64,000 nt of DNA from an uncultured delta proteobacterium (GTDB lineage Bacteria; Desulfobacterota; Binatia; JACPRU01), in contig CAVUWD010000010.1 of the NCBI GenBank assembly GCA_963745025.1, forward strand, positions 64,001 to 128,000, given 5' to 3'. How positions within the stretch are numbered: the first letter of the stretch is position 1; the number at the start of each line of letters is the position of its first letter. Positions 1 to 9,437 of this stretch are shown piece by piece. The notes beneath the pieces are model-generated. The model did not search any database. It saw only the letters and a list, made by a program, of their open reading frames with translations, and had not been told where the DNA came from. The position numbers and the translations under genes were made by a program.

Positions 1-1379
1 CCGGAACTCTGGGGGCGCCGCGCTGTGTCGCGGTGTCTCACGGCAGCCTAACGAGCTACCTCGCGGCGCTCCTGCCGGTATTGGGCCATCGAGCTGACGA
101 CGTCTGCCTGCAGTCGGCGGCCTTCCATTTCTCCGCTTCCGTTCGGCAGCTCTTTGCCGGCCTGTGCGAGGGTGCCACGCTGGTCATGCTCGACGAGGAG
201 CAGCGCAAGGATCCGCGCGAGATCATGCGCGCAATCAAGGAGCACGGCGTGACCGTCTGGGATACGGTACCTTCGGTGTGGCAGGCGTGCATCGACACGC
301 TCCTGCTCATGCCGCCGACGGAGCGAGCAGAGCTGCTCGACAACCGCCTGCGGATCGTCCTGACGACAGGCGAACGGCTCGGCTGGCTTGCTCCGAGGGC
401 GTGGCGCGACCGGCTGGGCCAGACCAGCCGCATGGTGAACCTCTATTCCCAGACGGAAACCGCTGGCACCACCTGCGCCTTCGAGATCACTCGGATCGAG
501 GGGGCGGACGACGAGGTCGTGCCGCTGGGCCAATCCCTTGCGGATATCGCCGTCCACGTCATGGATGAAGCGAGGAAGCCGGTTCCCGCCGGAGAGGTCG
601 GCGAGATCTGCGTGAGTGGCCTGCGGCTCGCCATGGGCTATGTCGGGCAACCGGAACTGACCGCGGAGCGGTTCCCGATCGTGCCTTTCCGGCACGAGGG
701 CTTCTGTCGCACCGGTGATCTCGGCCGCCTCGACGAGCGAGGTCGTCTCCTGTTCGTCGGGCGGAGTGATCTACGAGTGAAAATCCGCGGGCAGACGGTG
801 GAGATCGAGGAAGTCGAGCGCGCGCTCGAGACATGCCCTGGGATCGACGGCGCCGTGGTGGTCTGCCGGGACACCGCTGCGCACGCAGCCTCCTTGCTGG
901 CGTATGTGGTTCCCGAGCAGCGTGAGGAACCACCGGGCACGCACTCGATCCTCGCCCATCTGCGCGGTATCCTCTCCGACGCTGCGCTGCCTTCGGCCAT
1001 CGTCTTCCTCGACGAGTTGCCGAGGAATGCGGCGGGCAAGCTAGACCGTTCCGCGCTTCCGTTGCCGCCAGCTGGGTTGCCCGACTCCGTGGACGAGGCT
1101 GACGATCCGGTCATCGGCGCGGTGCGGCGGCTCTTCCTCGAGGCACTCGAGACGCGGCAACTCGACAACCAGCAGAATTTCTTCGACGCAGGGGGGAACT
1201 CGCTGATGGCGACGCGCGTCGTCGCGCGCCTGCGCCAGCAGTTCGACATCGATCTTCCCCTCAGGCGCTTCTTCGATGCTCCGAGCGTTGCGGGGGTATC
1301 GAGGGTCGTAGAGGAATTGCTGATCCGCCAGATCGACGCGTTGAGCGAAGACGAGGCGGCAAGACTGCTGAAGGAATGA
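1..1379 (+). CDS. NRPS, C-terminal part (adenylation + PCP domains), 5'-truncated by the window edge
   Basis: Frame is open from the window start (GTLGAPRCVAVSHG = A3-like motif). Also YSQTE (A5 variant), RTGDLG (A7), GRSDLRVKIRG (A8), AAGKLDR (A10), PCP motif FFDAGGNSL, and a C-terminal docking-like helix IDALSEDEAARLL. Confidence 0.93.
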   Translation, partial: GTLGAPRCVAVSHGSLTSYLAALLPVLGHRADDVCLQSAAFHFSASVRQLFAGLCEGATLVMLDEEQRKDPREIMRAIKEHGVTVWDTVPSVWQACIDTLLLMPPTERAELLDNRLRIVLTTGERLGWLAPRAWRDRLGQTSRMVNLYSQTETAGTTCAFEITRIEGADDEVVPLGQSLADIAVHVMDEARKPVPAGEVGEICVSGLRLAMGYVGQPELTAERFPIVPFRHEGFCRTGDLGRLDERGRLLFVGRSDLRVKIRGQTVEIEEVERALETCPGIDGAVVVCRDTAAHAASLLAYVVPEQREEPPGTHSILAHLRGILSDAALPSAIVFLDELPRNAAGKLDRSALPLPPAGLPDSVDEADDPVIGAVRRLFLEALETRQLDNQQNFFDAGGNSLMATRVVARLRQQFDIDLPLRRFFDAPSVAGVSRVVEELLIRQIDALSEDEAARLLKE

Positions 1380-1388
1380 CGAGAGGAG

Positions 1389-4300
1389 GTGATCGAGCTG
1401 CAAGGATCGGATTCGGGCGACCGCTCGGCCAGGCTTTCTCCGACGAAGCGGGCGTTGTTGCGGAAGAGAATCGCTTCCGCGCTGGAGGTGACCCCGCCGG
1501 ACCGGGGGCGCATTCCCCGTTGCGCGCGTGACGGAACGATCCCCGCGTCGTTCTCTCAGGAGAGGATGTGGCTCATCCACCAGGTCCATCCGGGCATCAT
1601 CGCCTACAACTCCCAGGTGGCCCTGCATTTCACCGGGCCGCTCGACACGGATGCGCTGCGCCGGAGCCTCGACGACATCGTCAGGCGGCACGAGATCTAC
1701 CGGACGTCGCTGGCGGAAGAGGGAGGACGGATCGTCCAACGCATTCACGGCGTCGCGCCGGCCGGCCTGACGGTGATCGATCTGGAGACCAGCACGGAGG
1801 GACCGTCCGAGGCCGCCTTGCGCGCGACGATCGAGAAGGAGATCGCTCGGCCGTTCCGTCTCGATCAGTCGCCGCTCGTGCGGTGGGTCTTGATCCGTCT
1901 CGGTGCGGAAAGACACACCCTTCTCTGCATGGACCACCACGCGGTGGGCGACGGATGGTCTCGCCACGTCGTGCTCGGCGAGTTGATGACGCTCTACCGC
2001 CACCACCACGCGGGGACGGGCGCGATGCCCTTGCCGCCGCCCATCCAGTTCGCGGACTTCGCGGCTTGGCAGCACACGTGGATTCACAGCGAGGAGGCTC
2101 GCGCCCAGATCGCTTTCTGGAAGAACCGCCTCGAGGGAATCGCACCGGTGCTCGACCTGCCCCTGGACCGACCTCGCCCGATGCGGCCGTCCTTTCGCGG
2201 CGGTCACGAGCTGATGACATTCGAGGAGGCGGAGATGGCGCCGCTCCGTAAGCTCGCCGAGCAGGAGCAGGCCACGATGTACATGCTCTTTCTCGCCGGA
2301 TTTCTCGCGGTGTTGGGGCGGCATTGCCGGACGGAAGACATCCCGATCGGGTCCGGCATCGCCAACCGCCGCATGCCGGAGACCGACGGGCTCGTCGGCA
2401 TGCTCATCAACACGGTGGTGATGCGCGCAAACATGTCCGGCAATCCGACCTTCCTCGAGTGGCTTCGTCGCGTGCGCGCGATGACCCTGGAGGCCTACGC
2501 TCATCAGGAGGCGCCCTTCGAGAAGGTCGTCGAAGCGGTCGCGCCGCCGCGCGATCCCAAGATCAACCCGCTCCACCAGGTGACTTTCAATCTCCAGAAC
2601 AACCCCATCCCGGCCATGGATTTTCCGGGGCTCGAGGCGGAGCTCGAGCGGCCGTTGTTCAACGGCTCGGCCAAATTCGACCTCTATGTGGCCGGATGGC
2701 CGCGATCGCGCGAGCGATTCGGCGGTTGGCAACGCGACGATCATGCCCTGCTACTCTCTTGGGAATACAACGCGGACGTTTTCGACGCGGCTACGATCCG
2801 GGTGCTGCAAGACCACCTGCGACGGGCGTTGGCGCGGGCTGCATCGGATCCGGGCGTGCGTCTCGGCGATCTTCTCGAGGGGGTGGAGGTAACGGGATCC
2901 GATCGGGTGCCGCAACGAAGCGATGTTCGGGATTCCGCGATCCACCGGCTCTTCGAGGAGCAAGCCGCGATCCGTCCCGAAGCGGTCGCGGTCGAATACG
3001 GGGACCGTCGACTCAGCTATGCCGAGCTCAGCCGGCGCGCGGACGCTTTGGCCCGGCGTCTGCGCGCGGTCGGTGTGGGGCGCGACATGCCGGTGGGGTT
3101 GCTCGCCCGAAGGTCGGTCGAAATGGTGATCGGTCTGCTCGGCATCCTGAAAGCGGGAGGGTGCTACGTTCCCGTCGATACCGGGTTTCCGGCCAAGAGG
3201 CTGGCCTTCATGGCGGCGAAGGTCGGGCTCGAGCTGGTCGTCGGTCCACAAGCGGAGTTCACGTCGCTCGAGGGTGCGCTGCCGGGATGTCGCCATATCC
3301 ACTCCGATGCGGATGAACCGTCCGGCGCCTCGGATGGTCCCGAGCCATCCGATGAAGCAGTCGACGGCGAAAGCTTGGCGTATGTCCTGTTCACCTCCGG
3401 CTCTACCGGTGAGCCACGGGCGGTGGCCGTTCCCCATCGCGCGGTGGCGAGGCTGGTCAAGGGGCAGGATTTTGCCGTCATGGATGAGAAGCAGGCGTGG
3501 CTGCATCATTCGCCGCTCTCGTTCGACGCGTCCACACTCGAGATCTGGGCGGCGCTGTGCAACGGGGGCCGTTTGGTCGTTCTGCCTTGCGGGCCGGCAT
3601 CGCTCGACGAGATCGCGCGGGTCGTCCGGGAATCGGCGGTCACGTCGCTGTGGCTGACGTCCGGGCTGTTCCGGCTCATGGCGGCGGAGCGCGGCGCAGG
3701 ACTGGCGGGGCTTTCCCAGCTGCTGACGGGCGGAGACGTGGTGTTGTTGGAATCCGCGCGCCGCGTGCGCGAGATGCATCCCGAGCTCCGCCTCGTGAAT
3801 GGATACGGCCCGACGGAGAACACCACGTTCACCTGCTGCCAAGAAATCGGGATCGAGGACTTGAGGCGGCGTTCCATCCCGATCGGCCGGCCCATCCAGG
3901 GCACCAGCGTGTGGATCCTCGACGGGGAAGGACGCGCGTGTCCGATCGGAATCGCCGGCGAGCTGTGCACAGGTGGTTCAGGCCTTGCGCGCGGGTATTG
4001 GCGCGACGAGGCCGCAACCGCGGAACGGTTCATCGAGCACCCGCGGTTCGGCCGCCTCTATCGCACGGGAGACCTCTGCCGGATGCTGCCTGACGGGCGC
4101 ATCGAGTTTCTCGGACGGCTGGACAGGCAGACCAAGGTGCACGGCGTGCGCATCGAGCCCGCTGAAGTCGAGTCGGCGCTCGTGCGATGCGAGGGCGTCG
4201 CCGGCTCGGCGGTGGTGGCCGTCGAGGACGCCGCCGGAGAGCGGATCCTCATGGCCTATGTCGTGCCCTCCAATTCTTCCGAGCGGTTGTCGGTCGACCT

Positions 4301-5390
4301 CTTGCGCCGTCGATTGAAGGAACACTTGCCGGATCTCCTGCTGCCGTCCCGCTTCGTGATGGTGGAAGGCTTGCCGATCACGGCAAACGGCAAAGTGGAC
4401 TACGGGGCCTTGCCGGCGGCGGAACCGTGGACCGCCCCCGGTGCGTCGGAAGACGCCGGTTTTTCGGAAGGGGAGGCAGCCGTTGCCGCCATCTGGGAGG
4501 AGGTCCTTGGGGTCGGCGTGCGTAGCAAGCAGGACGACTTCTTCACGCTCGGTGGCCATTCGCTGGCCGTTCTACGGGTGCTTTCCCTGCTGCGCGACCG
4601 TGCGGGGGTGGAATTGCACGCACGGCAGTTCTTCGACGATCCCACGGTCCGGGGGATGGCGCGCGCCGTCGAGCAGGCGGGACTGGTCTCACGTGACAAG
4701 CAGGGCAGCGAAATTCTGATGCCCATCGGAGGAGGAGAAGGCCCGGCAATCGTGTTCATACCCGGGGGTTGGGGCGAAGAGAATGAGATTCTGGTGTTTG
4801 CGGCATTGTTACGGCGAATGCAGACGAGGCGGCCCTGTTATGCAGCTCGCTCTGGAGTCCTGGACGAAGATGTGTCGCTGCCGAGCGGCCTCGACGAGCA
4901 GGTCGACCGCGTGGTGGCGGCCATCCGGGCGAAACGCGTGAAGGGGCCGCTGGCCATGGTGGGCGAGTGCGCCGCCAGTACCCTGGCCCTGGCGGTTACG
5001 CGGAAGCTGCACGCACTCGGGGAGCCGCCGGAGTCACTGACCCTGCTGGATCCCGGTCCGCTTTCTCACCTAGAGTCGCTGCGGGAACGGCTGCGTGCCG
5101 CCGCGCCTGCCGAAGGTTCGGGCACCTCCACGCTGCCGACGCGCGTCGAGCACTACTACGGAATGCTCGGGGATGTGAGCACGACTCCGGTCAATTGCCC
5201 GCTCCATGTCATTCTTTCCTCGCGTTTCCCCGACACAGAAGCCGTGCGTGCGAGCTGGATGCCGATGGCCGGGCGCTCGTTGCGCGTGCACCGGGTGCCC
5301 GGCGACCATCACTCCTACATCCGGGACATGGCGCAGGACACGGCCCGAGTGCTCGACGGGATCGTGTCGCCCGCGGAAGAGGAGCGTTAG
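1389..5390 (+). CDS. NRPS terminal module C-A-PCP-TE (A-domain code approx. DALWLGGTFK, Val-like; TE with Cys at the nucleophile position)
   Basis: RBS GAGGAG before a GTG start. C domain SFSQER...HHAVGDG; A domain TSGSTGEP, FDASTLEIW, NGYGPTE, YRTGD, NGKVD; PCP FFTLGGHSL; TE GECAA and GDH. Confidence 0.95.
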   Translation: MIELQGSDSGDRSARLSPTKRALLRKRIASALEVTPPDRGRIPRCARDGTIPASFSQERMWLIHQVHPGIIAYNSQVALHFTGPLDTDALRRSLDDIVRRHEIYRTSLAEEGGRIVQRIHGVAPAGLTVIDLETSTEGPSEAALRATIEKEIARPFRLDQSPLVRWVLIRLGAERHTLLCMDHHAVGDGWSRHVVLGELMTLYRHHHAGTGAMPLPPPIQFADFAAWQHTWIHSEEARAQIAFWKNRLEGIAPVLDLPLDRPRPMRPSFRGGHELMTFEEAEMAPLRKLAEQEQATMYMLFLAGFLAVLGRHCRTEDIPIGSGIANRRMPETDGLVGMLINTVVMRANMSGNPTFLEWLRRVRAMTLEAYAHQEAPFEKVVEAVAPPRDPKINPLHQVTFNLQNNPIPAMDFPGLEAELERPLFNGSAKFDLYVAGWPRSRERFGGWQRDDHALLLSWEYNADVFDAATIRVLQDHLRRALARAASDPGVRLGDLLEGVEVTGSDRVPQRSDVRDSAIHRLFEEQAAIRPEAVAVEYGDRRLSYAELSRRADALARRLRAVGVGRDMPVGLLARRSVEMVIGLLGILKAGGCYVPVDTGFPAKRLAFMAAKVGLELVVGPQAEFTSLEGALPGCRHIHSDADEPSGASDGPEPSDEAVDGESLAYVLFTSGSTGEPRAVAVPHRAVARLVKGQDFAVMDEKQAWLHHSPLSFDASTLEIWAALCNGGRLVVLPCGPASLDEIARVVRESAVTSLWLTSGLFRLMAAERGAGLAGLSQLLTGGDVVLLESARRVREMHPELRLVNGYGPTENTTFTCCQEIGIEDLRRRSIPIGRPIQGTSVWILDGEGRACPIGIAGELCTGGSGLARGYWRDEAATAERFIEHPRFGRLYRTGDLCRMLPDGRIEFLGRLDRQTKVHGVRIEPAEVESALVRCEGVAGSAVVAVEDAAGERILMAYVVPSNSSERLSVDLLRRRLKEHLPDLLLPSRFVMVEGLPITANGKVDYGALPAAEPWTAPGASEDAGFSEGEAAVAAIWEEVLGVGVRSKQDDFFTLGGHSLAVLRVLSLLRDRAGVELHARQFFDDPTVRGMARAVEQAGLVSRDKQGSEILMPIGGGEGPAIVFIPGGWGEENEILVFAALLRRMQTRRPCYAARSGVLDEDVSLPSGLDEQVDRVVAAIRAKRVKGPLAMVGECAASTLALAVTRKLHALGEPPESLTLLDPGPLSHLESLRERLRAAAPAEGSGTSTLPTRVEHYYGMLGDVSTTPVNCPLHVILSSRFPDTEAVRASWMPMAGRSLRVHRVPGDHHSYIRDMAQDTARVLDGIVSPAEEER

Positions 5391-5463
5391 CCGGCAAGAC
5401 GGGAAGCTTGTCGAGGGGCGTCGGCCTGTTGCGTCGCCTTCAAGCAAAATTGGGAAGGAAGGG

Positions 5464-5940
5464 ATGGATACCAACCTCGCAACTCGATGCCTCGCTTCGT
5501 TACTTTTCGTGTGGGTGTTGTTGCCGCGGAGCTTGGCTGCCGAGTCGCTCGCGGCCGTTCCACGCCCCTTCGCTGATTCAGCCTCGTACCTCGCCTGGGG
5601 TAAGGAACTCTTCGGCATTTACTGCGCCTCCTGTCACGGAGTCGATGGAACAGGAAACGGTCCGGCGTCAGCCTCGCTCAAGACCGGCCCGCCCGATCTC
5701 ACGCAAATCAGCAAGAAGCACGACGGCAAGTTTCCGCGGATGGAGGTTGTCGGCTTCATCGACGGCGAGACTCCACTCGCCGCTCACGGATCGCGCGAGA
5801 TGCCCGTCTGGGGACGAGTCTTCAGGCCCCCGCGTCGCGGCTCGTCTTTGGGTAGCCCCGAGATTTACGCCATGACCGACTACCTCGAGTCGATTCAGAA
5901 GAAGACGGCGCAAGAGCTTGGGGTAGGAAAGAAGCCCTGA
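5464..5940 (+). CDS. monoheme c-type cytochrome (exported)
   Basis: Signal peptide after MDTNL, heme motif CASCH, PPDLT motif, distal Met in EMPVWG; purine-rich RBS upstream. Confidence 0.88.
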   Translation: MDTNLATRCLASLLFVWVLLPRSLAAESLAAVPRPFADSASYLAWGKELFGIYCASCHGVDGTGNGPASASLKTGPPDLTQISKKHDGKFPRMEVVGFIDGETPLAAHGSREMPVWGRVFRPPRRGSSLGSPEIYAMTDYLESIQKKTAQELGVGKKP

Positions 5941-6011
5941 CGTCGATGTCTTACTCGCTGTTGCCTCCCGGGTTCGCTTCTTGATCCTGCGTGCTCGGAG
6001 AAAGGGTAATT

Positions 6012-6542
6012 GTGCGCATCAAGCGAATCCTCGTGCCCACGGATCTCTCCGAGGCTTCAATGCCCGCGCTCAAGCTGGCGGAAAACCTCGGACGGATCTT
6101 CAAAGCTGACCTCGCTCTGCTCTTTGTCGTGGAGCCGCTCGATATGAGCGGAGACATTCTGAGCGGAGGAGCGGTGGCTTCCGCGATCGAAGCGCAAGAG
6201 AAAACCGCCCGTGCCCAGCTCGCTCGCGCGGCAACGCGACTACGAAGGCGAGGACTACGTGTGCGCATTCTCGTCGGCACCGGCAAGGCCGCCTCGGTCA
6301 TCGTCGACACCGCGCGGCAGGGCTCTACCGATTTGATTGTCATCGGCACGCACGGCCGGAGCGGCCTTGCGCATGTCTTGATGGGCAGCGTTGCCGAAAG
6401 GGTAGTACGGACAGCTGGCTGTCCAGTGGTCACCGTGCCGCCTCATCCGAAGCAGACGACTCGGAGGGCTGCGAGTAAGCGCCGAGGGCTACGCGGTGCG
6501 GCGAACGGACTCCGGCGAGTCTCAACTGCAACGCTGATATAG
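6012..6542 (+). CDS. universal stress protein (UspA family)
   Basis: IKRILVPTDLS N-terminus and DLIVIGTHGRSG...MGSVAERVVRTAGCPV C-terminal USP motif. Start is GTG 6012 or 5991. Confidence 0.92.
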   Translation: MRIKRILVPTDLSEASMPALKLAENLGRIFKADLALLFVVEPLDMSGDILSGGAVASAIEAQEKTARAQLARAATRLRRRGLRVRILVGTGKAASVIVDTARQGSTDLIVIGTHGRSGLAHVLMGSVAERVVRTAGCPVVTVPPHPKQTTRRAASKRRGLRGAANGLRRVSTATLI

Positions 6543-6656
6543 AACCAGGTAGCCGAGCTGGCCCCGGTGGCGACCGGACGTCCATCGCGCATTCATAGCG
6601 TGCGCCGATCGCACTTCATTCGAAATGCGGCACGGTTCACACCGTCTTCGGATGCA

Positions 6657-6743
6657 CTCCGACCAAGAGATAGTTCTTGCGCGCCAGTAGGCGTCCATCT
6701 TACGAAGAATCTCCGAGGAGAAAGCCGTTGCTATCGGGCACAC
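6657..6743 (-). pseudogene. xfp: phosphoketolase (Xfp) N-terminal remnant
   Basis: Reads SSEILRKMDAYWRA, then NYLLVG after a 1-nt shift. This matches the Xfp N-terminus (MDAYWRAANYLSVG). Similarity then stops. Lies directly downstream of glgP. Confidence 0.7.
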
Positions 6744-6766
6744 CTCCTCGGCAGGTCGAGCCCGAA

Positions 6767-9298
6767 TCAGCGCTGCCAGAGGATTTCGCTTGCCTCGAGC
6801 GGCACCGCGGCGTCTTGATGATACGGTACGAGTCGCGGTGTGTAATCGCCGGCGCTCCGCGAAGTTGGTATCCGCGCCGTGTAGAGGTAAGCGTTTCCCC
6901 GAGCTTCCAGGTTCCGGCCGCGGGCCATAGGCTGGCGGGAAGGCCCCTCGGCATCGCCGATCGGGTTTGCAAAGAGCTCGACGCGGACGGCCTGAGGATC
7001 TAGGCCACCCAGGTAGATCTCGACCGTGAATTGGTAGTCGCCCGCCTCCGTCGTCACCTGAACTTCGCCGAAGCGGGCCTCGTGCCAGTGCCGCGTGACG
7101 GCGCGCCTCCAGGCGAGGAGCTCCTTACCCACCGCTCCCTTTTTCGCCGCACGCTTTCGGTAGCCCGCGGCCGCAGGGAGGTAGTACTTTTCGGTGTACT
7201 CGCGGACGACTCGATTGGCCGAGAACCGCGGCGTCAGCTGCGCCATGCTCTCGCGGATCTTCGCGATCCACGTCGTGGGGATGCCACGTGCGTCACGCTC
7301 GTAGAATGAGGGCGCGACGTCGTGCTCGAGCAGTGTGTACAGGGCGTCGGCTTCCACGGCATCCCAGGCAGGATCGTCACCATGCTCGCGGCCGTCTCCG
7401 AGCGCCCAGCCCACCTCCGCCGAATAGGCCTCGGCCCACCAGCCGTCGAGCTCGGAGAGGTTCAGGCCTCCGTTGACGAGAACCTTCATTCCGCTCGTTC
7501 CGCTTGCTTCCCACGGCCGGCGCGGCGTGTTGATCCAGAGGTCGACGCCCTGCACGAGCCGCTCGGCCAGTAGCAGGTCGTAGTCGGGAATGAAGAGGAC
7601 ACGCCGTCGCGCGTCCGGGTGACGAAGAAACTGAAACCACTCCTTGATCATTGCCTGCCCAGCTTGATCCGCTGGATGTGCCTTGCCGGCGATGATGAGC
7701 TGCGCCGGGCGCTCTCTGTTGCTCAGGATGCGCAGCAGCCGTCCCGGATCGTGGAGAAGCAGATTGGGTCGCTTGTACACGGCGAACCGGCGTGCGAACC
7801 CGAGGGTGAGAGTGTCGGCCGGGAAGGATTCGCGCACGCGGGCGATTTCTTCGGGGGCCGCAGCTCTCGATGCTAGGTCGCGCGCTACGCGATCTCGTGC
7901 GTAGTCGAGAAGGGCCTTGCGGCCCGCTGTGCGGAGCCCCCAAAGCTCCCCGTCGGACACGCAGCGGAAATCGCGCTCGACCGTCTCCATCGTGCCGCGC
8001 CAGCGCTCTCCGCCGCAGGTCTTCGTCCAGAGCGCGTCGGCCTCGGGGGAGTCCCAACTGGGCACGTGGACGCCGTTGGTCACGTGTCCGATCGGAACCT
8101 CGCCTTCGGGCCAGCGAGGAAAGAGATTTTGGAAGAGACGCCGGCTGACGGAGCCGTGGAGCCGGCTCACGCCATTGACCGCCGCGCTACCGCGGATCGC
8201 GAGATAAGCCATGTTGAAAGGCTCGCTCGGATCATTCGGGTTCTCTCGGCCGAGGGCGAGGAGGTCGAGGAGGCCGATGTGGAGATCCGATTCGGCATAG
8301 CCCCGCAGGTACTGATCGATCAACGCTGGCGAGAAGCGATCGAAACCCGCGGAAACCGGCGTGTGTGTCGTAAAGAGGTTTGCCGCCCGTGTTACGGTCA
8401 ACGCCAGCTCGAACGGCTGTCCGCTGTCTTCCATGAAGGCACGGGCGCGCTCGAGCACGGCGAGAGCCGCGTGGCCCTCGTTTAGGTGGCAGATCTCCGG
8501 CTCGAGGTGGAGGGCCCGCAGCAGTCGCCAGCCGCCGATGCCCAGGATCATCTCCTGTCGGAGGCGGAGCTCTGGGCCCCCCCCGTAGAGCTCGCTCGTG
8601 ATACCCCGAAGGGCCGGCGGATTGGCCGGGTCGTTGCTATCGAGCAGATAGAGCATCAGGCGCCCGACCTGCACCTGCCAGGCGCGAAGCCAGATCTTGT
8701 AACCCGGCAGCTGAAATGGGATCCGGAGCCGCTCTCCGGTTCCGTCGCGTGCCGCTGTCACCGGCAACTGGCCAGGGTCATTATAGGGATAGAGAACCTC
8801 CTGGCGACCATCGGCGGCGATCGCCTGGCGGAAGTATCCCTGCTCGTAGAGGAGCCCGACCCCGACTACCGGTACGCCGAGATCACTCGCGGCCTTGAGC
8901 TGATCGCCGGCCACGTTGCCGAGCCCGCCCGAGTAGATCGGCAGCGCCTCGCTGAGGGCAAACTCCATGCTGAAGTAGGCGACGCTGTGCAGAGAATTCT
9001 GCCCGTGGATCGTCGCAAACCATGCCGCAGAAGCGACGTACTCACGCCTCCGCTCGAGTAGTGCCTCCACCCGCGCTCGATATTCGGGTTGCGCCAGAAG
9101 ATCGCGTAACCTGCTCCGCGATACCGTCTGCAGCACGACCCACGGGTTGTGGGTTTCCGCCCAAAGCTCCGGCTCGAGCTCGGCCCAGAGCTCATCGGTG
9201 CCGTGGTGCCACGACCAGCGGAGATCGAGGGCAAGCTCGGTCAGCAACTCGATCCCGGCCGAGCGCATCGACGTGGAAGAGCAGTCCGAGCTCGCCAT
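6767..9298 (-). CDS. glgP: alpha-glucan (glycogen/starch) phosphorylase
   Basis: YSGGLG, HLNEGH, FARRFAVYKR, GKAHP and the PLP-lysine motif EASGTSGMK. Confidence 0.96.
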   Translation of the reverse strand: MASSDCSSTSMRSAGIELLTELALDLRWSWHHGTDELWAELEPELWAETHNPWVVLQTVSRSRLRDLLAQPEYRARVEALLERRREYVASAAWFATIHGQNSLHSVAYFSMEFALSEALPIYSGGLGNVAGDQLKAASDLGVPVVGVGLLYEQGYFRQAIAADGRQEVLYPYNDPGQLPVTAARDGTGERLRIPFQLPGYKIWLRAWQVQVGRLMLYLLDSNDPANPPALRGITSELYGGGPELRLRQEMILGIGGWRLLRALHLEPEICHLNEGHAALAVLERARAFMEDSGQPFELALTVTRAANLFTTHTPVSAGFDRFSPALIDQYLRGYAESDLHIGLLDLLALGRENPNDPSEPFNMAYLAIRGSAAVNGVSRLHGSVSRRLFQNLFPRWPEGEVPIGHVTNGVHVPSWDSPEADALWTKTCGGERWRGTMETVERDFRCVSDGELWGLRTAGRKALLDYARDRVARDLASRAAAPEEIARVRESFPADTLTLGFARRFAVYKRPNLLLHDPGRLLRILSNRERPAQLIIAGKAHPADQAGQAMIKEWFQFLRHPDARRRVLFIPDYDLLLAERLVQGVDLWINTPRRPWEASGTSGMKVLVNGGLNLSELDGWWAEAYSAEVGWALGDGREHGDDPAWDAVEADALYTLLEHDVAPSFYERDARGIPTTWIAKIRESMAQLTPRFSANRVVREYTEKYYLPAAAGYRKRAAKKGAVGKELLAWRRAVTRHWHEARFGEVQVTTEAGDYQFTVEIYLGGLDPQAVRVELFANPIGDAEGPSRQPMARGRNLEARGNAYLYTARIPTSRSAGDYTPRLVPYHQDAAVPLEASEILWQR

Positions 9299-9437
9299 GT
9301 GATTCCTCGTGAGCTGTGGTGGCGTCAGCGCCCGCTCGTCTCGAGCGCCTTCTGAATCGCGGTCCGCGCTTCCTCCTGAATCCTCTCCAGGTGCTCGCGG
9401 GGGTGCTCCGACGGGTCGGAAGAAAGACGCAGCCCGG

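Noticed and set aside
1041-2744. Long antisense and alternative-frame ORFs (this one, 16848-18845, 36679-38145, 50374-51987, 54881-56677 and many others)
   Set aside because: Shadows of real genes in high-GC DNA; Arg/Pro/Ala-rich and without family motifs.
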